In this document: positions 50,530 to 61,060 of the stretch, in pieces
Position numbering within the stretch: position 1 is the first letter of the stretch
Layout of the letters: each line of letters starts with the position of its first letter
Source of the DNA: Octopus sinensis
Taxonomy: Eukaryota
Assembly (NCBI RefSeq): GCF_006345805.1
Contig: NC_043024.1
Span: 1,798,001-1,862,000 of the forward strand
Direction: 5' to 3'
DNA length: 64,000 bases
Translations under genes and position numbers: made by a program
The notes under the pieces: generated by a model
What the model saw: the letters and a program-made list of their open reading frames with translations, nothing else
Database searches by the model: none
Told to the model about the DNA's origin: nothing

Positions 50530-52567
50530 TATATACATATAATATATACACACATATATATATATACATATAATATATACACATATATATATGCATACAT
50601 ATATATACATATATTATATATATATATATATACATATATATACATATATATATACATACATATACAAAAACTGTCCGATGAACGGCAACGTGAAACTCAG
50701 AGTAACAGGTTTTGTTGAATTTTCTGCTGCTTTAAATAAAGCATATTACTCTACCACTGGTATTTGAGTACTCTTTTTCCACCTTGTTTCACATTTATGT
50801 GTTTACTCCGGTATATATATATATATAATCATCATCATCATCGTTTAACGTCCGCTTTCCATGCTAGCATAGGTTATACATATATATATATATATATATA
50901 TACATACATACGTGTATATATATATGTGTGTGTGTGTGTATGTATGTATGTAGTTGTTGTTTCTGCTTCTTATAAGGTCTAGTTAAAAAACTGTTACGTT
51001 TAAATTCCCAGTGAACATCACATTCTGTAATTCTTTCTCTCAAACTCTGTAAAATACCGTCTTGGATAAGTAATCATCTAACCCATGCCAGCTTAGAGAA
51101 ACAGACATAAAAGAAACATAACATGGTGAATTTGTGTATAGGTGCCATCGATCTATGTCTATATATTGTTTGATCAAATGCCAATATTTTCTGTACGCTT
51201 CTTTATCTATTTTTCCCTCTGTCCTCCAGATTGCCCAAATTCAGGTTGACCAGTCCATGTCAGTTGACGGACGTCGACCACTTGACCAGGTGACATGCTT
51301 CAAGGTAGGTGTTCATTATTTTAAACTTTGTTTTCTTTTTTCAAATAAATGTTGTTTTATTTCGGATCAATAAGTTTTGTGCCACAGGGCCTGCAAACTG
51401 GGGGAGATGGGGGTAAATTAATTACATCGACCCCCCAGTGCTCTCCTGGCCCTTATTTTATCAATAGCAAAAGGATAAAAGGCAATTTCGCCAGATTGCC
51501 ACCTTTCTCAAATTTTGTTACAAGGGCAGCAATTTCGGAGGTGGGGAGTTACTTGATTACATTGACTCCCCCAAAAGGATGATAGGCAAAGTCGACCTCA
51601 GCAGAATTTGAACTCAAAATACATGAGATTCTGCGAAGCCTTTTGCCTGGCAGCTAATGCTTCTGCCACCTCACTGCTTTCAACTTACAATTAATAATAA
51701 TCTTCTCTTCTCCAGGCACGAGGCCTGAAATGAGGGTGGGAGCTGGTCGATTGCAATGACCCCAGTGCATAACTGGTACTTCTTAGGCGGCAAGCTGGTA
51801 TTCCTAATATTTATCAGTATTTTGTCTGCCGCTACGTTCTGAGTTCAAATTCCATCGAGGTCGACTTTGCCTTTCATCCTTTTGAGGTCGATAAATTAAG
51901 TACCAGTTACGCACTGGGATCGATATAATCAACTTAATCCGTTTGTCTGTCCTCTCTGTGTTTAGCCCCTTGTGGGTAGTAAAGAAATACGTATTTCATC
52001 TGTCGTTACGTTGTGAGTTCAAATTCCGCTGAGGTCGACTTTAACCTTCATCCTTTCAGGGTCGATAAATTAAGTACAAGTTACTCACTGGGGGTCGATG
52101 TAATTGACATAATCCGTTTGTTTGTCCCTTCTGTGTTTAGCCCCTTGTGGGTAGTAAAGAAATAGACATAGGTACTTCTTTGATCGACCCTGAAAGAATG
52201 CAAGGCTAAATCGACCTCGGTGGAATTTGAACTCAGAATGTAAAGACAGACCACACGCTGCCAAGCATTTTGCTTGATGTGATCATCATAACAAATAAAA
52301 CAATCCTTTCTGCCCCAGGCACAACATGGGTGCCAGCCATGACTACGACTCCTCTTGGTTTCATCGGTCTTCCCAAGCCTCACATATCGTCACTTGTTTC
52401 AACACAAAGAATTTACATAAAAAATTTTGCAAACAAAGTATCCAGCTGTTGTTTATTTAATGTTTGTTTTTGTTTTCCTTCTTTTCCAGTGCGGAGAAAA
52501 GGGCCACTATGCAAACAAATGCCCGAAGGGTCATCTCGCGTTCCTCAGTAACACGGCAATTGTGTGA
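27928..52567 (+). CDS. CPSF4: CPSF subunit 4 (CPSF30/Clipper): join(27928..28030,35283..35486,36441..36536,37743..37836,40765..40909,51230..51304,52490..52567), 264 aa
   Basis: Phase-consistent exons give MQDIVAPV...[86 protein letters not shown]; an extra phase-0 exon in intron 5 cannot be excluded. Confidence 0.96.
29992..30204. mobile_element. Tc1/mariner-type MITE (213 bp) inside a ~125-135-bp minisatellite (29687-30245)
   Basis: Imperfect TIRs (T)AGGGCAGCCCAAAAGCAGG / CCTACTTTTTGGGCCGCCCTG; TA at right end, TG at left. Confidence 0.7.
30950..31232 (-). mobile_element. R2/HERO-like non-LTR fragment (restriction-like endonuclease region)
   Basis: Inverted homolog of 32270-33130; shared ATVGGPIF(Y/C)FASSFR segment. 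Confidence 0.55.
32270..33130 (+). mobile_element. R2/HERO-like non-LTR fragment with two nested SINEs (~32310-32860)
   Basis: [14 protein letters not shown]...[11 protein letters not shown]; ELTVPWE recalls HERO-type REL domains; caacagtagg duplicated on both sides of the SINE pair. Confidence 0.6.
33555..33600 (-). ncRNA. Minimal type I hammerhead ribozyme-like motif
   Basis: GACAC-CUGAUGA-A-GGUAG(10 nt)CAGCC-GAAA-CGUU-GUGUU; activity untested. Confidence 0.55.
33763..33808 (+). ncRNA. Minimal type I hammerhead ribozyme-like motif
   Basis: GACAC-CUGAAGA-A-GGCUG(10 nt)CUGCC-GAAA-UGUU-GUGUU; activity untested. Confidence 0.5.
34020..34400 (-). mobile_element. RTE-clade LINE 3' fragment
   Basis: [22 protein letters not shown]...[13 protein letters not shown]...EQ* then (GAT)n tail. 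Confidence 0.8.
35283..35486 (+). CDS. CPSF4: CPSF4 exon 2 (ZF1, ZF2, start of ZF3)
   Basis: ctctcag acceptor, gtaagt donor; [13 protein letters not shown]. Confidence 0.97.
35871..35905 (+). ncRNA. Degenerate minimal hammerhead motif (G12 to A)
   Basis: GUUU-CUGACGA-A-GAG(CUCCA)CUC-AAAA-CGUU-AAAC. Confidence 0.4.
36441..36536 (+). CDS. CPSF4: CPSF4 exon 3: [31 protein letters not shown]
   Basis: gtacag acceptor, gtaaga donor. Confidence 0.96.
37743..37836 (+). CDS. CPSF4: CPSF4 exon 4: [31 protein letters not shown]
   Basis: ttttcag acceptor, gtaagt donor. Confidence 0.96.
40765..40909 (+). CDS. CPSF4: CPSF4 exon 5: PKFELP...[14 protein letters not shown]...QQQQ
   Basis: ttcttag acceptor, gtaccc donor; HPxFELP conserved; CX2CX4HX4C knuckle. 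Confidence 0.9.
42272..43540 (-). mobile_element. Near full-length mariner (DD34D) transposon, frameshifted transposase
   Basis: ~30-bp TIRs TTGGGTTGGCAACTAAGTTCC / GGAACTTTGTTGCGAACCCAA, TA context; [26 protein letters not shown] over three frames (43394-42397). Confidence 0.95.
43635..43900. mobile_element. Fold-back insertion with ~90-bp near-perfect palindrome and 14-bp flanking direct repeat
   Basis: 43635-43723 is the reverse complement of 43744-43833; AGAGTATAAGATAA at 43621-43634 and 43901-43914. Confidence 0.8.
46549..48706 (+). mobile_element. 5'-truncated CR1-clade non-LTR retrotransposon, RT ORF frameshifted, (AATC)n tail
   Basis: [55 protein letters not shown] across four ORF pieces; stop 48610; inserted in (AT)n. 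Confidence 0.93.
49177..49675. mobile_element. ~500-bp nested fold-back (inverted duplicate) element
   Basis: Inner arms 49362-49443 / 49479-49560; outer arms ~49177-49267 / ~49576-49675. Confidence 0.8.
50005..50295 (-). mobile_element. RTE-like LINE 3' end with two C2H2-like motifs
   Basis: [17 protein letters not shown] and [17 protein letters not shown], stop, short 3' UTR, (AAAT)n tail. Confidence 0.65.
50667..50713 (+). ncRNA. Type I hammerhead ribozyme-like motif with one core variant (U4 to C)
   Basis: AAAACUGU-CCGAUGA-ACG(GCAA)CGU-GAAA-CU(CAG)AGUA-ACAGGUUUU; all three stems pair, GUA cleavage triplet. Confidence 0.55.
51230..51304 (+). CDS. CPSF4: CPSF4 exon 6: [25 protein letters not shown]
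   Basis: cctccag acceptor, gtaggt donor; RPLxQVTCxK. Confidence 0.92.
52490..52567 (+). CDS. CPSF4: CPSF4 last coding exon: [25 protein letters not shown]
   Basis: ttttccag acceptor; conserved C-terminal knuckle; TGA. Confidence 0.96.
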   Translation, partial: CGEKGHYANKCPKGHLAFLSNTAIV

Positions 52568-52939
52568 CATCACGCTGAATCATGAACCACCATCGCTAAT
52601 AACAAGTCTTATGGACAGGTATCACGTACCTCTGTTCCATGTATGAACGCCCATGTGTGTGTGATTACATTTCTTTCACACCCACATGTGTGTATATATG
52701 TTGTATGTGTGTGTGTATATATATATTTATATATGTATGTACACGCGTGTATAGCATTTGGAATTGGTTATGCCTGTATATTTCTAAGAATGAGAAAAAA
52801 CATTATTCATGAATGAATTTTGCTGGAACTGGTCATCGTCACACAAGAGAAGTGCGATGTTTGATTCTATAGGAAGTATTTTTGTAATTTCAATGCACTC
52901 TGGACCTTTGGTCTTTGATCTACAATAATGAATTTTGAC

Positions 52940-53460
52940 CACTTACACACACACTCCTACATGTATGTGTATATATACATATATGTAATGTATATACATG
53001 TATATTCATGCATGTGTATATATATGTACACATGCATGTATAGATATATATACACGTACTCACAAGTATATATACACACACATACACTCCTACATATAGA
53101 TACGTGTGTATATATACATACACACAACAGTGTATATTCACATGTACATACGTGTATATATATACATACATACATGTACACACAAGTATATATGCACATA
53201 CACATACTCCTACATAGATACGTGTATATATAAATATATAGAATGTGTACATGCATGTACATACATGTGTATATTCACATGCATGTACATACGTTTATAT
53301 ATATACATACATGTACTCCTACATAGATACGTGTATATACAGATATGTAATATATACACATGCATGTACATAGAGATATATGTATATGTGTGTGTGTATA
53401 TATATACACACATACACTCCTACATATAGAAACGTGTATATATAATATATACACATGCAG
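52940..53460. repeat. Degenerate ~100-130-bp AT/AC minisatellite, ~5 units (ctcctacat...atacgtgtata)
   Basis: ctcctacat recurs near 52954, 53087, 53207, 53317, 53417; probably in the CPSF4 3' UTR. Confidence 0.75.
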
Positions 53461-53748
53461 ACATACTCACAAATGCATACATATATATACACACACACAA
53501 AGGCTTTGTTGGGGAACGGATACCACATCCCCAGTCTTCATTCTTTGTACAGTTCAAAACTGTATTTTCTATCTCCTCCAAACCCCACCTCCTCACCCAT
53601 TGCCTTCATTCTCTCCCTCCCATCCACTGAACATTTTTCCATTGGCCTCCTTCTCTCCGTTCCATCTCATGTCTATCAGTCTCCATCCCCTCCATCCATG
53701 CCCTCTTCACCTTCATATCCCACCCTTAATCGTTCCTTTCCATGTTTC

Positions 53749-53754
53749 AATAAA
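53749..53754 (+). promoter_or_regulatory. Candidate CPSF4 polyadenylation signal AATAAA
   Basis: First canonical hexamer seen after the CPSF4 stop; unverified. Confidence 0.35.
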
Positions 53755-54361
53755 AAATTTGTTTAAAAAAAAAAAAAAGATTATTATAATCAATATTTTT
53801 CTTGTTTTATACCCAGGCAACATTTCTAGGTACTGCTTACATGATATAAACGATTCTAAGATTATAGTTTCGACCCCTGGGCCAGGCAACACGCTCTGTC
53901 TGAGGAAAACATTTCATTAGTCACTTAGATCGACCTCAGTGCGTAACTGGTACTTAATTTATTGACCCCAAAAGGATGAAAGGCAAGATCGACCTAGGCT
54001 GAATTTGAACTCAGAACGTAACGGTAGACAAAATACCGCTAAGGTTGAATGCGTATTAAGGTCCAGTTGAGAAATTAAGAATCAAAGGAAAAAGCACCAT
54101 CCAATCGTGGCCGTTGTCAGCCTTGTCTGGCACATAAAAAGCACTCACGGAGTGGTTGGCATTAGGAAGGGCATCCAGCTGCAGAAACACTGCCAGATCA
54201 GACTGGAGAGCCAGGTGCAGCTTTCTGGCTTCCCAGACCCCAGTTGAACCCATGCTAGCATGGAGAACGGATGCTAAACGGTTATAAGCAAAAAAAAAGA
54301 GGCAGAGGGTCAAACAATAATTAATTAAACAACAAAAAGGTTTGTTTGAATACTTTGTTTT

Positions 54362-54367
54362 TTTATT
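54362..54367 (-). promoter_or_regulatory. RPSA polyadenylation signal AATAAA
   Basis: ~35 nt after the RPSA stop; short 3' UTR is typical of ribosomal protein mRNAs. Confidence 0.75.
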
Positions 54368-54399
54368 GTGGTACATTAGGGGTCCGTTTCAGCAGACAC

Positions 54400-54765
54400 T
54401 TAACTCCAGTTATCAGCAGACCCACCCCATTGTTGGCTCACGGTGGCAGGTTGTGTAGCCGCTGGAGTGGTGGTCGCTGCCGGTGCTGTGGCAGCAGCAG
54501 CAGCAGCCGCAGCCGCAGCGGGGACAGCAGGAGCAGCGGTGGCAGCAGGGACCGACCAGCTGGTATCAGCTGCATCCCAATCTTCAGTTGCAGTGGCCCC
54601 GTAAGCTTGGATTGGTACGGCAGAGGCACTGGGTACGGTCTCACGAGCCCAGTCAGTAACATCGGGTGGTGCTACACTTCCAAGGTCACCACCAGCCGGC
54701 CAAGCCTCGGTGCTTTCCTCTTTGGCAGCGGCCTTCTCCAAAGCAGCCTGTTCTTCCTTCTCAGC
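54400..54765 (-). CDS. RPSA: RPSA last coding exon (366 nt)
   Basis: AEKEEQAA...TEDW...WGGSADNWS*; acag acceptor. Confidence 0.95.
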   Translation of the reverse strand, partial: AEKEEQAALEKAAAKEESTEAWPAGGDLGSVAPPDVTDWARETVPSASAVPIQAYGATATEDWDAADTSWSVPAATAAPAVPAAAAAAAAAATAPAATTTPAATQPATVSQQWGGSADNWS

Positions 54766-57326
54766 CTGTGAAAACAAACAATTATCAATTAGTTATACTT
54801 CAGAGATGCACAGACTTCATTTGCCACAACACCCTCCAAGCTAATCATATTTTGGTTCTGGACCAACCCTTTGACCCCTTAGCAGTTAATACTGTATTTA
54901 TTTTGAGGTGTTTCTCTCAATCAATTTTAAATATAACAAAGAATTTAGTGAAATAACTTAATTATCATTCAGCTAGTGTTAGGAACATAAATTGTGACTA
55001 AGGTTTGGTGGAAGATTTTAATTCAAAACTTATGAAAACAAAACATTTGTACTAAAGAACCAGAGCCGGTTTCAGCCGGGTTGGTAATAAAAGGGTTAAA
55101 CCAGCCATATCCAACCCTAAATAAGCATTACATTTTAAGAGCAGCATAAATGTCTTGTTTTCATAAGTTCTGAATTAAAATCTTCCACCAAACTTTAGTC
55201 ACAATTTATGTTCCTGACACTAAGCGAATGATAACTAAGTTAATTTACTAAATTCTTTGTTATAGTTAAAGTAATTGAAAGAAAATCTGCAGTTAAACCA
55301 TTAGCACTCAGATTAATCTATCAAGTGTAATGCTTACTTCACATCGTTTTAAATTAATAATGAATTAACCTGTATCTCTGATATTTCAATGATGTGATTG
55401 GTTATTTAATACATCTATTTAGGCAAGTTCAGACACAAAATATGCTAGTTCCTGTAGTGTATGTCAAAGAATAATTTTTACTATTTTACGTCTGATTCCC
55501 TCATAAACATGGTAAGAATAAAAATGGAAATATTCCCAACAGAACATCTATGCAACCTACAATGCCTTCCCATATGTAAATAAAACAAAAACATAATTTT
55601 TACTTACTTCCTCTGGGTCTCTGTAGAAATACAAATCAACCATGACGTCCCAAGGATGTTCACGGCTGATGTTACCCCTCAGGCGGAGAACTTCACGAGC
55701 CAACAACCACCACATTAGACCAATGGAATGGATTGACTGCAAGAAAATAAGAAAAAAGTTTTTAAAGATAAAAATATTTCGACAATCAACAGAGTGGATA
55801 CTGAAGCAGACACAAATGAACAAACACCTTCCGACTCAAATATATTTTCAAAGACTCGGTGGCTGTGCAGTAAAAAGCTTGCTTCTTCCCAACCACATGG
55901 TACTAGGCTCAGTCCCACTGTGTGGTACCTTGGGCAAGTGTCTTCTACTATAGCCTCAGGTCGACCAAAGCCTTGTGAGTGGATTTGGTAGACGGAAACT
56001 GAAAGAAGCATGTATATGTAGGCACAGGAGTGGCCGTGCAGTAAGAAGCTTCCTTTTCAACCACATGGTTCTGGGTTCAATCCCACTGAGAGGCACCTTG
56101 GGCAAGTATCTCTTGTGGCCTCAGGCCAACCAAACCCCTTGAGTGTATTTGGTAGATGGAAATTAAAAGAAGCTCGTGTGTGTGTGTGGCGGTCTTTGCC
56201 CCCCTCCCCCACCACTCAACCGGTGGTGGTGTGTTTACATCCCCGTAACGTAGCAGTTCAGCAAGAGACCAGTACCAGGCTTTTAAAAAAACAATCCCTC
56301 GGTGCCGGTGGCACGTAAAAAGCACCATCTGACCGTGGCCATTTGCCAGCCCCTGTGCCGGTGGCACGTAAAAAGCACCCAGTACACTCTCAGAGTGGTT
56401 GGCGTTAGGAAGGGCATCCAGCCGTAGAAACATTGCCAGATCAGACTGGAACCTGGTGCAGCCTCCTGGCTCCCCAGACCCCAGCTGAACCGTCCAACCC
56501 ATGCTAGCATGGAAAATGGACGCTAAACGATGATGATGATGATGATGAATCCCTGGGTTCACTTTGCTTGGGCAAAACCCTTCGAGGTGGTACCCCTGCA
56601 TGGGCACATTAAAATATTGACAAATAAGTGATCAAAGAATCAACTGAAGAGAAAGGGGGAAAAAAAGGGGTTACCTTGTTGTTGCATGGGATGGCAATGT
56701 CGATGTACTTGAGTGGGGAGTCTGTGTTGCAGAGGGCAATGACGGGGATGTTTACGTAAGATGCTTCATTGACAGGTTGGTGGTCGGTCCTGGGGTCCGT
56801 GACAACCAAAAGACGGGGCTCACGGAAAGCTTTCTGTGGAAGAGAACAAACAAGAAAACAACAATTATAGGATCTGCAAAACCATGCTCGTTTAATAATC
56901 TAATTATTTTCAAAATTAATTGAAACAATGATTACTTCAGTAGAATCATTCTTTGCAGAGGTTTAAGGCCAGGGGTTCTCTCGAACAGGGCTCATTTGGG
57001 GGATCCACAATAGTATTTTAACCCTTTAGTATTTAAACTGGCCATATCCGGCCAAAATAGTTAATCTGTTTTATGTTCAAACTGATCAGAACCAGGCTCT
57101 CACACCTACCCTACAATGTTATTCTATATTAAGTAATTACACCATCAAGATCTTGAAGATATGAGATAATGCATGATTAATTCAAATCAATGGGAATCAA
57201 TAAGCATTATGTTTGATAGAATAATCTGAACACTAAAGGGTTAAGGGACCCTGAAAAAGTGTTGCTTTCACACTAGGCTGAAAACATGCATATACACCCC
57301 GCCTCTCTCTCCCTATATATATATAT

Positions 57327-57361
<35 letters not shown>

Positions 57362-60300
57362 CAGCAATGTTTTGATATACGAGTAAATTTGTTCCTGGAG
57401 ACCCCTCGTAAAGCAGAGCAATAACTTCCCTTAGTGCCAATGTTATAATTTGTAAATGATTCCCAGAAAAATATTTTACCAATAAAATTTATAATACTCA
57501 TAAATAAATGGCAATAAAACAGACAGAAGAATGTAAAGAATATTTTATGTAAAGTAAAAGGAATGCCAAGATCATTTATAATAAAAACTATATTTATAAA
57601 CTATTGGGGTTACACACAGAAGCACTTGTTATGGCTGTAGAAACTCCTGCACTTCGTTCTTAATTTGAATTGTGCTTGAAAAATTGAACTCATAAACCCA
57701 GATTCTCGTAAAGTGAGGTATTATTCTGTGTGTTTATATATGTATATATATAAATATTCCACACACAAGTAAGCACATAGATGCAAAACATAGCAGAGAT
57801 AACAGTACTCAATACCAAAGGTAGAGTAATATACTATTTATTGAAACTGGAAAAAATGTTCACAAAGTGCCGTTGAGTTTCATGATCATTCATCGCAACA
57901 CACAAACAAAGGACCACTTTCCATTTACCAAATCCACTCACAAGGCTACAAAATGGCATCAGGCCCAGACTAAATACATAATAGCAGAGCAGTGGTGCCC
58001 AGTAAAAAGCACCCAGCCCACTCTGTGAGGTAGTTGGCATTAGGAAGGGCATCCAACTGTAGAAACCAGGCCAAAAAGGACTGTGGAACCTGGCGTGGCC
58101 CTCCAGTCAAACAGTCCAATCCATGCCAGCACGGGAAAAGGACATTCAATGATGATGGTGTTGAGACACGGACAGACACACACACACACATTCCAGTCTA
58201 ACAAGGTGAACCCAGAAGTGGAACAGGACAGCGACTTACCTGAATCTGATTGGTGAAAGCACCAGGTGTGAAGCGACCAGCAATAGGTGTAGCACCGGTT
58301 GCCGAAGCAAACTTCAGAACGGCCCTTTGTCCATAGGGACGTGCAGAGATGACACAGACATCAGCCGGGTTCTCGATGGCAGCGATGGCACGGGCGGCCA
58401 ACAGGAGTTTCTCCCAGGTCTTGCGTAGGTTGATGATGTATGTACCTAAGAAAACATTATTACAAGACATCAGCACAAATACAATAAAGAGGAATTCAAT
58501 ACCCGGTGCTCTCTACTCCAACCACATCAGCCTTAACCCCTTTGATACTAACCCTTGTTTTCATTAAAATATACCACCAAACCTTAGTCACAATTTATGA
58601 TCCTAACAGTAGCTGAATGATAAGTTATGTTCCTAAATTCTTCGTTAAACACCTTCTCCTTCACTTACGACCAAGTTCCGTTCCAACTGACAGGATGTAT
58701 GTCAGACTTATATCTTCAATCAAACGCAACTGATGCTTAAAAGTGACTGAGTGAGAGACAATGGCAGGCAGCGGGATGCCTGGGTCTGATGGAGGCCAGA
58801 TGCTGCCATTCTTGTCATATGCACAGCTGTCCAACGTCCGAAAATGTATTATTTACTTATTTTTTGGGGTCATAAGTCACATAGATCTTAGGTCAAGGAG
58901 AAGGTGCATTTATAACTGAAACAAACACAGGGGGATCTAAACAGAAACCTGGTGACAAAAGGGGCCACTTCAGCCCTATACCCAGAGTTCGATATAACTC
59001 AACAAAACCCAAACAAACACTCGGCTGTTTCCAGGACAACTCAACAATTCTCTTCGGATATCTTCACGACAGCTCCCATGACCTCTGTGTGTGTCCCTGT
59101 TCTGTTTTTAAACATTTATGTGTTGTGAAATATAGATAGACACGAAATTATGCCAGCAAAAAGCCTTGCATATTTGTTCTTACATGCTTCATGTATACTC
59201 TTTTACTTGTTTCAGTCATTTGACTGCGGCCATGCTGCAGCACCGCCTTTAGTCGAGCAAATCAACCCTGGGACTTATTCTTTGTAAGCCCAGTACTTAT
59301 TCTATCGGTCTCTTTTGCCGAACCACGAAGTGACGGGGACAACACACCAGCATCGGTTGTCAAGCGATGCTAAGGGGACAAACACAGATACACAAACATA
59401 TATATATGTACGACAGGCTTCTTTCAGTTTCCGTCTACCAAATCCACTCACAAGGCATTGGTCGGCCCGGGGCTATAGCAGAAGACACTTGCCCAAGGTG
59501 CCATGCAGTGGAACTGAACCCGGACCCATGTGGTTGGTTAGCAAGCTACTTACCACACAGCCACTCCTGTATATATATATGTATCTGAAATCTGAGAATT
59601 CCCAAGCAGGAAACAGAATCGAAAATGCATACATAAAAACAAGAGGCACACACACAGGGGTCACAAAGATATCCGAAGGGAATTGTCGAGTGATATCGAA
59701 GGATTGCCTATCACTGGTTAAATGTCATAGCAACACAGATCACCTGATCGTCATCAAATCAAGCAATCAATGAAACTGGTGTCAGCTAATATTTTACTGT
59801 AGCATTGATTTCGACCAGCAACTGCTAAAGGAGAACTGAAGCCGGAGATACACAATGCATTGAAATTGACCATCAAAGATGCTGTTAGTTGGAAGAGGGA
59901 TTTTAGAAATAATTACACCTAATTTATAAGGGGCTAAGCAAAAGACATAGCAGCATGGAAGAAGGGGGACAGGGGATAAAAAACCGTTTTATCTCATATG
60001 GACATACTCTTCAGTCATTTGACTGCGGCCATGCTGGAGCACCGCAACACCGGGATTTATTCTTTGTAAGCCCAGTACTTATTCTACCGGTCTCTTTTGC
60101 TGAACCGCTAAGTGACGGGGACGTAAACTCACCAGCATTGGTTGTCAAGCAATGCTAGGGGGACAAACACATACATATATACGACGGGCTTCTTTCAGTT
60201 TCCGTCTACCAAATCCACTCACAAGGCTTTGGTCAGCCCGAGGGTATAGTAGAAGATACTTGCCCAAGGTGCCACGCAGTGGAACTGAACCCGGAACCAT

Positions 60301-61060
60301 GTGGTTGGTAAACAAGCTACTTACCACACAGCCACTCCTGCGTCGAAAGAAATATTTTCATGCTGTCTTGGAGTAATCATACATTATCTTGTAGCTTTGA
60401 AAATCTGGTGAGGTAACTTAAATTTTTAGAATGGCATTGTAGGATAGGTGTGAAAGGCCAGACCTGGTCACTACGTAAAATGGGCAGAATAAAATTAAGG
60501 GCTTAAACACTTGCATGAAGAAGGGACTTCTCTAAAGAGCTGCCATTCGGTTCTGTAAAATGTGTCAGGCTTCTTAAAATCTACCAAATTCACAGCTCAA
60601 AGGGATAGCAGGGCACACTTGCCCAAGGGGCCAAGCAATGGGACTGAACCCAAGATCTCATGGTTGGGAAGCAAGCTTCTTAACTACATGGCCATGAATG
60701 TCTATGGTTTGTTTTTGGAAACACAAACAAGATAAACAGCGCTCAGTCCAAAGTCTCCCTTGACCAGAAATGGCCTGAACTCTTTGTATCAACACCACCC
60801 TGTACATAACTCCCTGTCCCCCTACATGGCCTTGCTTTTTGCTTCTTGAGCCAAAAAATTAACTTAACTTAAAAAGGGTCTGGGGATACAAACAGGAAGA
60901 AAAAAAGGAGAGGGGCATAGAACGTACCTTCTGATTTCCTTTTGTAGATATATTGTTCCATTTGGAAGTCAACATTGTTCGCTCCAAGATGAGTTGAGCA
61001 AGCCAAAAACTTCATCACGTCATCCTCCTTCATGGAAAGGACATCCAAACCTCCGGACAT
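54400..61060 (-). CDS. RPSA: 40S ribosomal protein SA (uS2): complement join(60928..61060,58240..58445,56675..56833,55608..55736,54400..54765), 330 aa
   Basis: [81 protein letters not shown]; all junctions GT-AG and in phase; acceptor at 61096 implies a non-coding exon further upstream. Confidence 0.98.
55608..55736 (-). CDS. RPSA: RPSA coding exon 4 (129 nt)
   Basis: [10 protein letters not shown]...YRDPEE; gcag acceptor, gtaagt donor. Confidence 0.97.
56675..56833 (-). CDS. RPSA: RPSA coding exon 3 (159 nt)
   Basis: KAFREPRLL...IPCNNK; acag acceptor, gtaacc donor. Confidence 0.97.
57022..57240. mobile_element. piggyBac-like MITE, 219 bp
   Basis: TTAA|CCCTTT...AAAGGG|TTAA; near-identical to 19790-20008. 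Confidence 0.85.
58240..58445 (-). CDS. RPSA: RPSA coding exon 2 (206 nt)
   Basis: [12 protein letters not shown]...FTNQIQ; ttag acceptor, gtaagt donor. Confidence 0.97.
60928..61060 (-). CDS. RPSA: RPSA coding exon 1 (133 nt)
   Basis: MSGGLDVL...YKRKSEG; donor gtacgt. Confidence 0.97.
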
